A stretch of DNA of 64,000 nucleotides from Convolutriloba macropyga. Its lineage: Eukaryota. Both the position numbers and the translations under genes were made by a program. Location: positions 70,060,001-70,124,000 of the forward strand of contig NC_134473.1 in the NCBI RefSeq assembly GCF_964194025.1, in the 5' to 3' direction. The notes under the pieces were generated by a model. The model was not told the DNA's origin and did no database searches. It saw only the letters and a program-made list of their open reading frames with translations. Shown one piece after another: positions 1 to 12,797 of this stretch; position 1 is the stretch's first letter, and every line of letters begins with the position of its first letter.

Positions 1-1825
1 AGTGGATGGTATTGGTGTGGTGCGTTCGTGGTAAGGTGGCCAGGAATATGCACAAAGAGGGGTTAGCTATACTTCTAACTTAGTTAGTTATAAGTGTAAT
101 AATAACCCCTATCTGTACATATCACGATTCCACCCACCAATCATCATATTACAATATTCACAGCCTCAAAATATTGGAGCTAAAATACTAACTTATTATT
201 AAACTGATTTCTAATATTTTTCAAACTCAATTTGAATCTTTTTCTGAAACTTAGATTACTTTTCAGTTACCGTCACCTCATTAATTGAATCAAGCAAATC
301 ATACTTTAGAGCAATTTAGGGCAAAATAAGTATGCAAATTTCAGATAAATGTCATTGTACAAGATGTGACCATAAAATCAGAGCAAGCATTATCAATTTC
401 TTTTAACATTGATTAAATAAAGCCTTTGTAAACAATTATGAAGTAACTCGAAACCACCTTTTAAGTGACAATTAAGTCACTGTGATTCTAGTATAGCTTC
501 CGATTTAGATTTAAAATGTCTGCTTAGTTCGTGTCAACTGTGAGCTAATATGCCAAAGAAAGGGTTATTGCGCCGTGTCATTGTCAGACATCTCACATTA
601 TAACCCCTAACTTCAACATATCAACTCACTGTTATAGCTGACTAAAGGTAAGATAAGCAACAAAAAAATACTAATTCAAATACAAATTCTCACCAACCTT
701 TTACGTAAAGACATTACGGCGCTATGAAGAAGCAGCTCTAATCCTGAAACAACACGTTCATAATTGAATTTCAAAACGGTTTCAGTTAAAAATTTGGTTT
801 TGGTTATGATAAATGAGCCAAAATATCGCTAAATACACGGCAAAACGCTAATATAGAAAGCTGGCTATCGTCAAGTGTTTATAGTTTAAAATGAACTATA
901 AATACACGTCCAACTAAAAGGGAAAACGGTTTGCGGGGGAGAAGTAAAACCTGGATCGGTTTTAAAAGCTGTGTGGTTTTGTTAGCTGCTGCAAAGCAAA
1001 TCAATCGCTACATCACAAAATGCGGTTTGCTTTTATTGAAAATGAAATATAATACACCGCCAGTAGCTCTGCTCTATAAGGCGAAAATAAAATCGACTTG
1101 TTATACTCAACAATTATCGTATATTATTATTATTATATGAGCAAACAACAATAACAACAGCTCAAAATTGCCTATATTTTGTATAAAGTAGCAAGCGATG
1201 AGCTTTTAGTTGCCTGGATAATAAAGTAATGGACTATTTTGTGCTTAACGCGTAGTATTGCCTTTAAAAGGTTTAAAAGTATTGCTCAACGAAGTAATAA
1301 TTTATGAACAATATTTGCTATTATCAAAAAATGTTCCTATCGAATTCTCAATCAGTATTTCACTTAAAACTATTTGTCAACTAAGTTGCAAATAATATAT
1401 TTTGGAGCATAATAATTCAAATTTCAATCCAATTGAATATTTGCCAAACTGTTTTCCAGCAACTCAAATTTTATAATGAAATAAAACTATTGTACTAGCG
1501 ATTGTCCACACAATCATAGTCACACTTTTAATTATCTCAAAGCTTCACTGGCTAATTTAGCACCATTGATAAAAAGTTCAGATTTAAACCATCATAACCA
1601 GGGGATTACTAGTATTTATTATCACGCAATCTTAGAGCCGACTGGCTATCTTTAATTTATTTTTGTTGTTCTCCGTTTTAATTAAAATTGGTCCTCAAAA
1701 TGAGGCATACTTAGCAGTGGATTAGTAATTATTGGTTTCCTAATTGGGGTTGTTTCAATGATAAAAAGAGAAAGATTTGGCTAATAACAACCAACGGGGG
1801 AGTTATTTCAAATAAACTGAACAAC
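1..1825. repeat. Segmental direct repeat, copy 1 (identical to 6016-7840; probably extends left of the window)
   Basis: Sequence from position 1 recurs at 6016 (offset 6015). The same 69-aa ORF appears at 931 and 6946. Identity ends at ...ACTGAACAAC (1825/7840). Confidence 0.95.
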
Positions 1826-2650
1826 TCAACTAGTTTCTAATGTGAGTAATTGGCTCCTTCTTTCAAAAAATTGATTCTGACTAATCTTTGGCGCATGACA
1901 ATTTCGCTCTACTTTGTACTGTGCCCCTAAAAAGCTTAGTGTTCATAAAACCGCTATGTTTGAATTCTATTAAAATTGCGCTGTTGCGTAGTTGTTGCGG
2001 TTTGAGTATAGTATGCTTCATCCAGCTGTGCTAGCAATAATCATTAAATTCGTATAATTCATTCGAAATTTTAAAAAAACTACAACTTGCCACTCAAACG
2101 ATAAAAATCAATTTCTGAACAGTGAGCGGAACAGATCCCATGGTAGTGCAGATACAATTATACTTTACATGCAAAAACAATTAATTTTCCTGGAAAAACT
2201 TATTGAAATGCAAAAAAAAAAAACATTTTTTTTAGCAATTAGGGGCTTTGTCAATCAGTGATAGCCCTGAGTAGTGATATCGTGCAACACTATTAATAAT
2301 AACGACAACTGGTTAGACGGGTTTTCACGAACGAATTTTCTTTGCTAATGCCAGTGATGACCTTATATTGCAATAAAAATGTGTTTGTTCTTTCAGAACA
2401 CATATATGAGAAAAAAAATTGGTGCCAGTTCCCTTGGGTTTAGAGTTTTTCAATACAATTGGCCTCTGAACTATTTGACTATTTGATAGAAAATTGCAGA
2501 ATTGATTTTCGCCATTTTTGAAAAGATTTTTTTCGGCCATGTTTGCATTCCACCACTATAGCTCGACGAACAAAAACCATACTGGCGGTAGAATTCAATT
2601 TTGCAAAAATTTGTCTGAAAAAGTTTGAACGATTAATAAGAGAACTGATT

Positions 2651-3220
2651 AATACGAATTTATTGCCACTGCGATCAGCTGGCTCTAACTTTCAAAAAAG
2701 TGGACCTAACTAACTAGCCAAATTAGTAAACATCTAATTCGTTCTGCGCTTTCTCCACAGTGACAGTGAACATCAATTTTTTTTAACTCCGGGAAACTTT
2801 TTCAAAGATTTCTCGCACTTGAGATAAAATTGGTACCCAGACTATCTCGATTTTGAAAATCAGCCCAGAAAAAAGATTTTATTTAAGTAACTATTTATGA
2901 GTGACAGGAAAGTATTGGACAACTTCGTGATTGACAAAGCAGTTAAATACGAATTTATTGCCACTGCGATCAGCTGACTCTCCCTTTCAAAGTGGATCTG
3001 ACTGGCCAAATTAGTAAACGTCTCATTAGTTTCTGCGCTTTCTCCCCAATGAAAGTGATCAACTAATTTTTTAACTCTTGGAACCTTTTTCAAAGATATC
3101 TCGCACTTGAGATAAAATTTATACCCTGACTATCTCGATTTTTAAAATCAGCCTAGAAAAAAAAAGATTTTAACTAAGTAACTATTTGGCAGTGACAGGA
3201 AAGTATCGTACAAAATCGTG
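2651..3220. repeat. Diverged tandem dimer, ~295-bp period (2651-2929 / 2946-3220)
   Basis: Both units start AATACGAATTTATTGCCACTGCGATCAGCTG and share TCTCGCACTTGAGATAAAATT, GACTATCTCGATTTT and AGTGACAGGAAAGTAT, with scattered substitutions. Confidence 0.9.
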
Positions 3221-6015
3221 GTTCGCAACTCTTGTTCAGTTTTTTAACCACTACCCTTACGCATTATTAGTCTCCTGAAAAAAATTTTGGTATCAATTTT
3301 AGGTGGTTACATAAATGCAGCATTGATCCAAAAATTCATTTTACAAAAATTAATTCACTTTCGCTTTTAGGTCAAAACGCCGTTTGAAATTTTCCATCCT
3401 GTAAAAAATCCGGAAGACATCTGTCACTCAAATATTTAAAACTCAAGCGTAAAAAAGTCAGTCTGTGACAAAATCGAAAGAATGTTCTAGAAGAAAACGG
3501 TCAAGAGAAAAATCTGCATAAAAAAGACGCACACGTTTACAATAATTACTTCAAACTTTGTTTGAAAGCAATTGTTCATCTGCTACAAGAGCTACTTAAC
3601 TGGTAACTCTACACAATCCAGGTCGTCCATAAAAATTGTAGTGACTTTTTATTGCCTTTAGTCACCAATTGTTCCCAAAATTAGTCATTTCACGCCTTAA
3701 ATCTTGACACTCGACAACTTGTCGAATACTGTGAATTATTCAAGCACTACAGATGAAAATTGGCTATTTTTCCGTAATGGTATCGATATGGTTACTAGGA
3801 TAAAATCGTGACCAGAGAACGTTTGTTACTAAAAATTTGATTTATTTAATTTAACACTTACAGATTCTTAACTTCTTGATCTTAAGATGGACTTTTCAAT
3901 TCATATGTGGAAACGAACATTATGTATGACCACAGCGCTGAAGAATAACAGAAACAGAAAAATTTGGGTATCGTATCGACAACTTTTATAAACAAATGAA
4001 AATGTTTGAGAAAACGCAACTGCAATTTATTTTCACTGTACATGCTGGGGCAAGTCCATTGTAGCATTTCAGTTATCAACGGCCGCAGGACCATTCGTTG
4101 CTCATCTGTTCATTCCGTCAACAAAAACAATAAAAATTGCATTAACTTTATTTATTTGTCAAATACCCAATCCGATGTATAATTTTTGCCATTTCAAAAA
4201 GTGTATTTAGATGTTGATCTGCAAGCCCAAATAACCGTACCGAACGTTCCCTGTCGTTAAATAACTGAATGTGTACAAATGTCCAATGTACTTTTTCCGA
4301 AGCTTGACAGCCATTGCCTTTTCACCAGCTAGTTGCGGCTTAGGGAGGCTACAATTAGCATAATTGAGGAGCGGGTGGGAGTGTGCATGGAGCAGGGGGT
4401 TAAGTGGGAGGTGGGCGAACTATAAGAACGGCCCTCCAACCATGATTTTAGGTCACTTAAAAAGTTTTGGTGAATCGTATTCTTAGAGAATAATGCGTCG
4501 GAATGCTTTAAGGGAGCTTAATGCCCTCCAGGCTTTACCTGTTATTCCCATTTTTGAGGACAAAAATGGCCACACAAAAAAACGATCCAACGAGTTGCTA
4601 GAACGAAAAGTTGTATAAAAAACCAGCAGGACTAAAAGTAGTAGTAGTTCTGGCTTCTGGGTACAAATCTACGCGCTATTTACCCTACAAGCTTAAGTTT
4701 AATAATTGCTACAAACTTCGTTTGAGAACAATTAACAATACTAAGCTTGACAAAACTTTAGAACAAGAAAATCAATTGTAAAAGTGTTATTTTGCAATTC
4801 TGGGAAAAAATCAGGAAGTGCCCAAATGCTTCCAAAAATAAATCCCCGAAATCACTTCAACCATTTCTTTTAGGTAAAAAAGGCCTACCTTTCGAAGACG
4901 CTTTTAAAGTTCGAATTTTTTGAAATCCAGTTTAAATTGACTTTTTCTATCAGTTGAACTGAATAGTTGAAACCCTTCTGCGTGATATTTAATTACAAAA
5001 TAGTCCCCAATTTCTTGAACGCCAGTTGAAATATTTTCAATGAAAGATGATCAATCAATGATGAATGACAATTGAAAAACGTTAAATTCCTATATATGTG
5101 ACCGAATATTGTAACTTTTGTCCAAAATTGACCGTAACATTTATTCGATTCATTTTAGGCAAAACGTGAATAAATGTGACCAAGGAACGTCACTTATGTT
5201 CACAAAAGCCAGAAAATTTCTAAAAGTTACGTTTGGCGACGTAATGAGATGCTCTTGTACCTCTTTCATCTCATTAGTTGTGATAGGTAATTTCATATCT
5301 CATTAGGCCTTACTATCCATTACCAGAGCTAAAAACAAGCATGTTCGTTCACACTTCAATTTCTCGTTCCGTGGAAAATTCTCGAAACCTATTCGCGGTT
5401 TGGGACATTTAATTTGGGCATATGTTCATCAATTGAGCAGGAACCCTATATTCGGTGTTAGACCCACCTTTTTGTCCTTAAGCAACCAACTAATCAATAT
5501 TCAGAAAATAAACTAGCGATTTCCAAACTACCTCAGCTTTATTCCACTAACATTCAAAAATGTTCAATTTATGGTAACTTGAATTCAAGTTTAATTTTGT
5601 ATACACATGTTCTAGGCCCTGAAAGGTACAAAAGCCTCAGTAATAGACCCTGATAGCAATTTACGCCCTAAACTCGTAATGCCCAAAACCAAGACTCTAG
5701 TTATTAAAGTAATTAGCCTTCAAGAATGAATCAGATCATTCAATCATGAGATACAAACGTATCTGTACACCAAGGCGGCTGCTCACAACAGTATTTGCTC
5801 AAGTACTTTGATGCCATGATTTTACTTGTGGTACAACTAATATTCAACATTGGGGACAAGTAGGATTCTGGTAAAAGCGTTTTTGCAATTAATAACCTTT
5901 GGGATACCTATAGCGTTTGCAGGGAATCGTTTTGGAGTAATAAGTTTGGGGGTTATATGCTGTAGGAGTAAAAAATATTCAATGGGAGAACCTGTTAAAC
6001 TAGTGAATGAAGTAT

Positions 6016-7840
6016 AGTGGATGGTATTGGTGTGGTGCGTTCGTGGTAAGGTGGCCAGGAATATGCACAAAGAGGGGTTAGCTATACTTCTAACTTAGTT
6101 AGTTATAAGTGTAATAATAACCCCTATCTGTACATATCACGATTCCACCCACCAATCATCATATTACAATATTCACAGCCTCAAAATATTGGAGCTAAAA
6201 TACTAACTTATTATTAAACTGATTTCTAATATTTTTCAAACTCAATTTGAATCTTTTTCTGAAACTTAGATTACTTTTCAGTTACCGTCACCTCATTAAT
6301 TGAATCAAGCAAATCATACTTTAGAGCAATTTAGGGCAAAATAAGTATGCAAATTTCAGATAAATGTCATTGTACAAGATGTGACCATAAAATCAGAGCA
6401 AGCATTATCAATTTCTTTTAACATTGATTAAATAAAGCCTTTGTAAACAATTATGAAGTAACTCGAAACCACCTTTTAAGTGACAATTAAGTCACTGTGA
6501 TTCTAGTATAGCTTCCGATTTAGATTTAAAATGTCTGCTTAGTTCGTGTCAACTGTGAGCTAATATGCCAAAGAAAGGGTTATTGCGCCGTGTCATTGTC
6601 AGACATCTCACATTATAACCCCTAACTTCAACATATCAACTCACTGTTATAGCTGACTAAAGGTAAGATAAGCAACAAAAAAATACTAATTCAAATACAA
6701 ATTCTCACCAACCTTTTACGTAAAGACATTACGGCGCTATGAAGAAGCAGCTCTAATCCTGAAACAACACGTTCATAATTGAATTTCAAAACGGTTTCAG
6801 TTAAAAATTTGGTTTTGGTTATGATAAATGAGCCAAAATATCGCTAAATACACGGCAAAACGCTAATATAGAAAGCTGGCTATCGTCAAGTGTTTATAGT
6901 TTAAAATGAACTATAAATACACGTCCAACTAAAAGGGAAAACGGTTTGCGGGGGAGAAGTAAAACCTGGATCGGTTTTAAAAGCTGTGTGGTTTTGTTAG
7001 CTGCTGCAAAGCAAATCAATCGCTACATCACAAAATGCGGTTTGCTTTTATTGAAAATGAAATATAATACACCGCCAGTAGCTCTGCTCTATAAGGCGAA
7101 AATAAAATCGACTTGTTATACTCAACAATTATCGTATATTATTATTATTATATGAGCAAACAACAATAACAACAGCTCAAAATTGCCTATATTTTGTATA
7201 AAGTAGCAAGCGATGAGCTTTTAGTTGCCTGGATAATAAAGTAATGGACTATTTTGTGCTTAACGCGTAGTATTGCCTTTAAAAGGTTTAAAAGTATTGC
7301 TCAACGAAGTAATAATTTATGAACAATATTTGCTATTATCAAAAAATGTTCCTATCGAATTCTCAATCAGTATTTCACTTAAAACTATTTGTCAACTAAG
7401 TTGCAAATAATATATTTTGGAGCATAATAATTCAAATTTCAATCCAATTGAATATTTGCCAAACTGTTTTCCAGCAACTCAAATTTTATAATGAAATAAA
7501 ACTATTGTACTAGCGATTGTCCACACAATCATAGTCACACTTTTAATTATCTCAAAGCTTCACTGGCTAATTTAGCACCATTGATAAAAAGTTCAGATTT
7601 AAACCATCATAACCAGGGGATTACTAGTATTTATTATCACGCAATCTTAGAGCCGACTGGCTATCTTTAATTTATTTTTGTTGTTCTCCGTTTTAATTAA
7701 AATTGGTCCTCAAAATGAGGCATACTTAGCAGTGGATTAGTAATTATTGGTTTCCTAATTGGGGTTGTTTCAATGATAAAAAGAGAAAGATTTGGCTAAT
7801 AACAACCAACGGGGGAGTTATTTCAAATAAACTGAACAAC
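6016..7840. repeat. Segmental direct repeat, copy 2, ending at a poly-C tract (7841-7854)
   Basis: No differences from 1-1825 seen by eye. Followed directly by a C homopolymer. Confidence 0.95.
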
Positions 7841-8599
7841 CCCCCCCCCCCCCCATGCACTAGCACCAATGCCAAAACTGGCCATTTTATGAATCATTAA
7901 AATTGAATGAGAAATATTTTCAAAATGTAGCAAAAATGTTGAATTTTGGTCTGACGTTGTCTGAACAGGTCAATTTGTACTGGGATAATTTTATTAATGA
8001 TTTGAAAAACAACCAAAATTGAAATTGAGGTTTTAAAGAGCGCAAAAGTCATTAGCTTTGACCCAATTGATTTCGCAATTCAACACGCTGCAATTAAAGA
8101 GCAACTTGAAGAATTTAAAAAATCACACACTTTTCATACATCCACAATTCTAAAACCCATAAATTTAAGCAATGACCCAAAGATAATTTCTAGTTTCTGG
8201 TTTGTGGCGACCTACCCAACTTAAAATAATCGAAACAAGTCCTTTAGATACTTTAAAAAGCAAGCATTATTAACGAAGCAAACAAGATCAGGCAAAAACA
8301 TGGCGTCTTGGGAAACAATTGATTATGACTAAAAAAGCCAGAAGGTACTTTAGCGGAGCCTGAAATAACAGGTCGACTAATTAAACCACTAATTTTTTCC
8401 CGCTTTTGGATCTCTATTTTATTAGTCAGCTTTCTCGAAAAGGACAAAAGATATTTTCCTTGTTAAGACATGACTCGACGAGACAAAATTTCTTTTCGGT
8501 GTTCTTACAACAAGCAACAAATACTGTAATTCGTCACCCTTAAAGTTTTTTGTTGAGAACGATTCATTATACCAATTTATAGACTGCAGTAAAGCAAAA

Positions 8600-10080
8600 A
8601 CTTACCTTTACAATCAACAGGTGGACAAGCTGCCTCAATATCTCTTTGCTATGAGAGTTAAATTATTGGTAGTGTATTTTGTGTGTGTTTCGTTGGTATC
8701 AAAAACAAAAATGGCCAAATGAAGAACAAAGCAGAGCTAGCAGAAAGAGAGGAGAGAGTTACGAGCCAGTAAAATGTGACAGAGCAACAGAAATAGTGCG
8801 CGTATGTGTGCTAGGTTCACAGGAAAAGAAAGGAAAAAAAATAGGAAAAATAGCCAAAAAACCGGAGAAGTAAATGCAAATGGCAAACAAGCAAGACTAT
8901 GAAGAATAGGGCAGATAATAATAATAATACTGCTACTAGCATCAGACAGGGAAAGAGATGAGTTAGGGGTGTTTTTTTTTTTGGGGGGGGGGGGGGTTGA
9001 GGCGGTAGGGGTTGGCTGCTGCCTCTACTAATACAACAACTATGGCTAACACATAGGAAGCAAGTAAGACAAGTAAGAATAGAGAAGGATAAGAAATTGA
9101 GAATGAGCGAATGAATGGACGTAAATTGATTAAAAGATGAATGCGAGAAAGAGAGAGAAAGAACAAAAAGGGGGAAGCAAATTGCAAATGGGAATCAATT
9201 TTTATCTCCTTTCTCTGTTCACATGGGACCCTACCACCCCATCACCCCTCGCACACACAGACCCAGCAACACACACATGGAGAGAGAGAGAGAACACTGC
9301 AAGTATAAATTAAGGCGGACAACTTACAACAGGTTACTAAGTAACGTGAGTTCCTACAAACACACTAACTAGCACATACACACACACACACACACACATC
9401 TATACAATCATAAATACACACCTACCAATCCTGGCGTGGTTGCATTCTATTACTAGTTCTAATCACAAAAAGCACCCCTTTCCTCCTCCCTAGCACAATG
9501 CCTCAATCCCCACTCTCATTTGCCCAAGTTAGTTAGCCCACTGTATATCGTATATACATATATATATAAGGAAGGGGAGGCACACGGCGTTTTCCAACTA
9601 GCAAAGTTATCTACTGCAAGCAACCTTCTAATACACACACGCACACAGACAGTGAGAAATAGGGAGTAGGGGGCGAAATAAAATCACATTACTCAGCATC
9701 GCTAGTCATTGCTCCCAAGCCAACAACAAAAGCATCCCAGCCAGAGCAAAGACGCAGGGAAAGAAAAGAGGGAAAAGAAGGAGAATTAAAATTGGGCAAA
9801 TGCATTCCAGAGATGAGATTGTGTCTCTCTATATATGTGCTATATGTGGCTTTATAATATGTATGTGATGTTGGTCTATTGGGATTTGAGACAGAGAGCG
9901 GAGTTCCTCTTGTCATAATTGGATTTAGCATTCCAATGCAATCACTCCATCCCACTCAACCCCCCCCCCCCACTCCCGTTCTCTCTGCCCCTGTTTTATG
10001 CCCAGTCATTTCCGTTTCGCTCCAGTGAAGGATGCCAGAGTAAATAGAGGAAGAGGTCTGTATTGACTTAAAGAGAGACA
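8600..10080 (-). promoter_or_regulatory. Putative promoter / non-coding 5' exon region of a minus-strand gene, rich in (CA)n, (GA)n and G/C tracts
   Basis: Perfect minus-strand splice donor AAG|GTAAGT at 8609-8600. The adjacent sequence is microsatellite-rich and non-repetitive, with no convincing ORF. No downstream coding exon was identified. Confidence 0.25.
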
Positions 10081-10388
10081 AAAATCCGCATATTCTTTGT
10101 TTTCTTCAATGCAATCTTTTCTGGAAACTCAAAGCACAGACATTTGAGATTTTATAAACGACAAAGAAAAACAAACATCCTTTCTCAAATGACAGCTGAT
10201 GAAAAATCTCCAAGTACCTTCTCTCAAAATTTAATTATGCAAACAATTCTGGCCTTTCAATTAGAAATCTACCAAAATAGGCGCAAACTAATATCAAGAA
10301 AAGTCTTAAATAAGCAATGGCATAGTCCTGATCATACCACTAAAATTATGAGTAATGAAATATTAGAAAAAATAAACGGGTGAATGCT

Positions 10389-12527
10389 AAACAAGGAGGC
10401 TCGTTAATGTGCGTTCGCACATGTTCCGACCCAAGCTCATCTACATTTTTGACTCAATTGTCAACCAAATGAAGAGATAACAAAAACAGATGTTTGAAAT
10501 AAAAAAATATTTTCAAAACCTAACTACTTATTGAATTACATAATGCCATGCCCCATTACAACACTAACGAGGTCTGCCATAAAAAGACTACGCGAAAAAA
10601 AAACAAAATAAGCAAAAACAAAAATTTCAAGGCAAAAACTCAATATCTTAACTTAAAAGCACCTAGTATTAACGTCAAAATGCCATCAGATAAAACCTTA
10701 ACTACACAAAGTTACTATTTTCTAACTATACATGAAAACTTTCCATAAAGAGACTAGGCAATAAGTCGACAAAGAGAAGAAATAATGAGGAAAAATTCAA
10801 AAATCAATCAACATTTTTTAAACCAAATAATTTCAAAAGTCTTAAATATCATTAGCTTACAACAAAATAATTAGTAAAAGTCATTATGTAAGCAATTTGT
10901 GCCACATTTGAAATCATTGGGATCTGTTATTACCCGAATGTGCTAAAAGAAGAGATAAATAAAGAAATACACCACTCACAAAAATTTTGAAAAAACATAT
11001 TGTCCAATAAACAAAACATCAGTTACTATATAATATCAGAAGACATGTTAATTTTTAAAATACAAGGAATTGGATGAGACTTCTCCGTGACGAGAATAAA
11101 TTACAAGTTAACGAAAAGAACAACAAAAACTAAAAAATTTGAAAAATTTTTGAAAAAGTATAATATCATAAACTTTGACATTTCGCTATAAACTGACTGC
11201 TTCGAGTAAAAGCATTCATTCAATGCTTAATTACAAGCTCATGAGACCGGTCAGCATTTTACGGCTACATAAAGAATAAAAAAACAGGCAAAAACAGCAA
11301 ATTAAAAAAATGAGCGAGAAAATTGTCGAGTGAAAAGCCTTTAAAAAATGAAAGTTTCAGTAAAAACTTTTCCATTTTCAATTAATTCTTCAACAGCAAT
11401 GAAATTCTTCTTTTTCTATCAAGAGGAAATTGTCGAAGCCAATTAAACCATACGTTTTTCTCTGAAACCTTTATCTATGATCCAATGAATGTCTTTTCTA
11501 AGCCAGTTGGAGCTATGAATAATAATATAATGTGCTAAGAATTGAAAAAGAACCAATAATACAAAAACATAAAAATTTGGAAAAAATTTTGTGAAATCTT
11601 GTGGCATTGAAGTCAAATGACTAAAAATTAGAAGATAAAACTGCTTACCAGATTAATTTTGGTTACATTAGGAAGGAAAGGGGTACTGTAATTACTGAGA
11701 CTGACTTACAAATAACGAAGATAAGTTTATGATTGGTTAATGTTAAAAAATTCCCAAAAATTTTGTTTTCAAAGTCATAACAGCCATTAGCTGTCCTTTT
11801 ACAGCACTAGATAGGTTCACTTAATGCTCATTACGAAATCTATTGCACTTTTAGTCAATGGGTCTATGCCATAGGATTCCAAAAATATTGCAAAACCTAA
11901 AATTGAAAGTCATAATTTCAATTAAAACTACAAAAACTCATTGTCGAAGCAAAAAAAAACATGAGCGATTCCTTGAAAACAAATTTTTTGATCATTGGGC
12001 ATCATTTGACTGTAAATGACTTTTGTCATTTACGGAACCTCGATATGAAAAGTGATTAGTCTCAGAGTGACTAAAACAAAAAAAGATAGGAACAGTTTTC
12101 TAAAAAAAAACAGCTCTTAAATTGAATTCGAATTTTTTTATAGTAAACTTGTTATCAGACCAGAACTAGCCTTTTTTATCGTCTTTCGTCTTTTATTAAC
12201 ACAAATTGTTTCATATTGTAACCTGAAAAATAATTTTAAATTAATATTTTTAATAGAAAAGACCTAAATGTACACTAAAATTACACTAAAAGTGAACAAA
12301 ATCATGCAAATATCGTGTTCATACAAAACTTTAAACCTCGATAACTCCTCAAAAATTACGAAATTCAAAAAAATCTTTAATTTCGAATTCTACGCTGGAC
12401 GAGCTTTTTAATGATACCACTCACATTTCTCTACGATGAATATATCGATCAGCCAAAACTGTCTGAACAAAAAAACCCATTTGAGTATATAGTTCCTCCC
12501 TCCTCACAAGTGGGGTCGGAACAATAA
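10389..12527 (-). mobile_element. Non-autonomous Helentron-associated (HINE / DINE-1-like) element, ~2.1 kb
   Basis: Subterminal inverted repeats TGTTCCGACCC (10422-10432) / GGGTCGGAACA (12513-12523). Perfect hairpin ATGTGCG-tt-CGCACAT (10407-10422) next to a terminus reading ...CCTCCTTGTTT on the minus strand. Partial hairpin GTTCC...GGAAC at the other end. A-rich degenerate internal repeats. A related terminus occurs at 60823. Confidence 0.7.
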
Positions 12528-12671
12528 TCATATACAAACTCAAAAATAAAACTTCAGGTGATTACTGCGCTGAATGGATGGAGTTAATTGAAGTTAATAA
12601 CCTTCATTAAACTTTACATGGAGGGCGGAAGAAGTCCTTTATATGTTGAGGTAAAAAATGGCCAAAATATC

Positions 12672-12797
12672 GGGTCTTTTCCATTTACACCCCCCCCCCC
12701 CGGCTTAGTGGGCAGATGACCTACAGCCCCCATTATTGGTAAATATACCATAATGGGGCAGGACTCTAATTTCATGGGGGTATAATGGGAAAGACCC
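12672..12797. mobile_element. ~126-bp MITE-like element with ~21-bp terminal inverted repeats
   Basis: GGGTCTTTTCCATTTACACCCC at the left end pairs with GGGGTATAATGGGAAAGACCC at the right end. Related copies at 21034-21151 and 21308-21584. Confidence 0.75.

Noticed and set aside
931-1140. 69-aa ORF present twice (also 6946-7155)
   Set aside because: Recurs only because of the duplication. Non-ATG start and no recognisable motif.
1-1825. Possible mitochondrial insertion (NUMT) or LTR pair for the duplicated AT-rich segment
   Set aside because: No mitochondrial protein, rRNA or tRNA motif recognised. No TG..CA ends, PBS or retroelement coding sequence between the copies.
5098-5460. Possible degenerate MITE (ACCGAATAT ... 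ATATTCGGT)
   Set aside because: Inverted similarity is short and patchy. No TSD or second copy.
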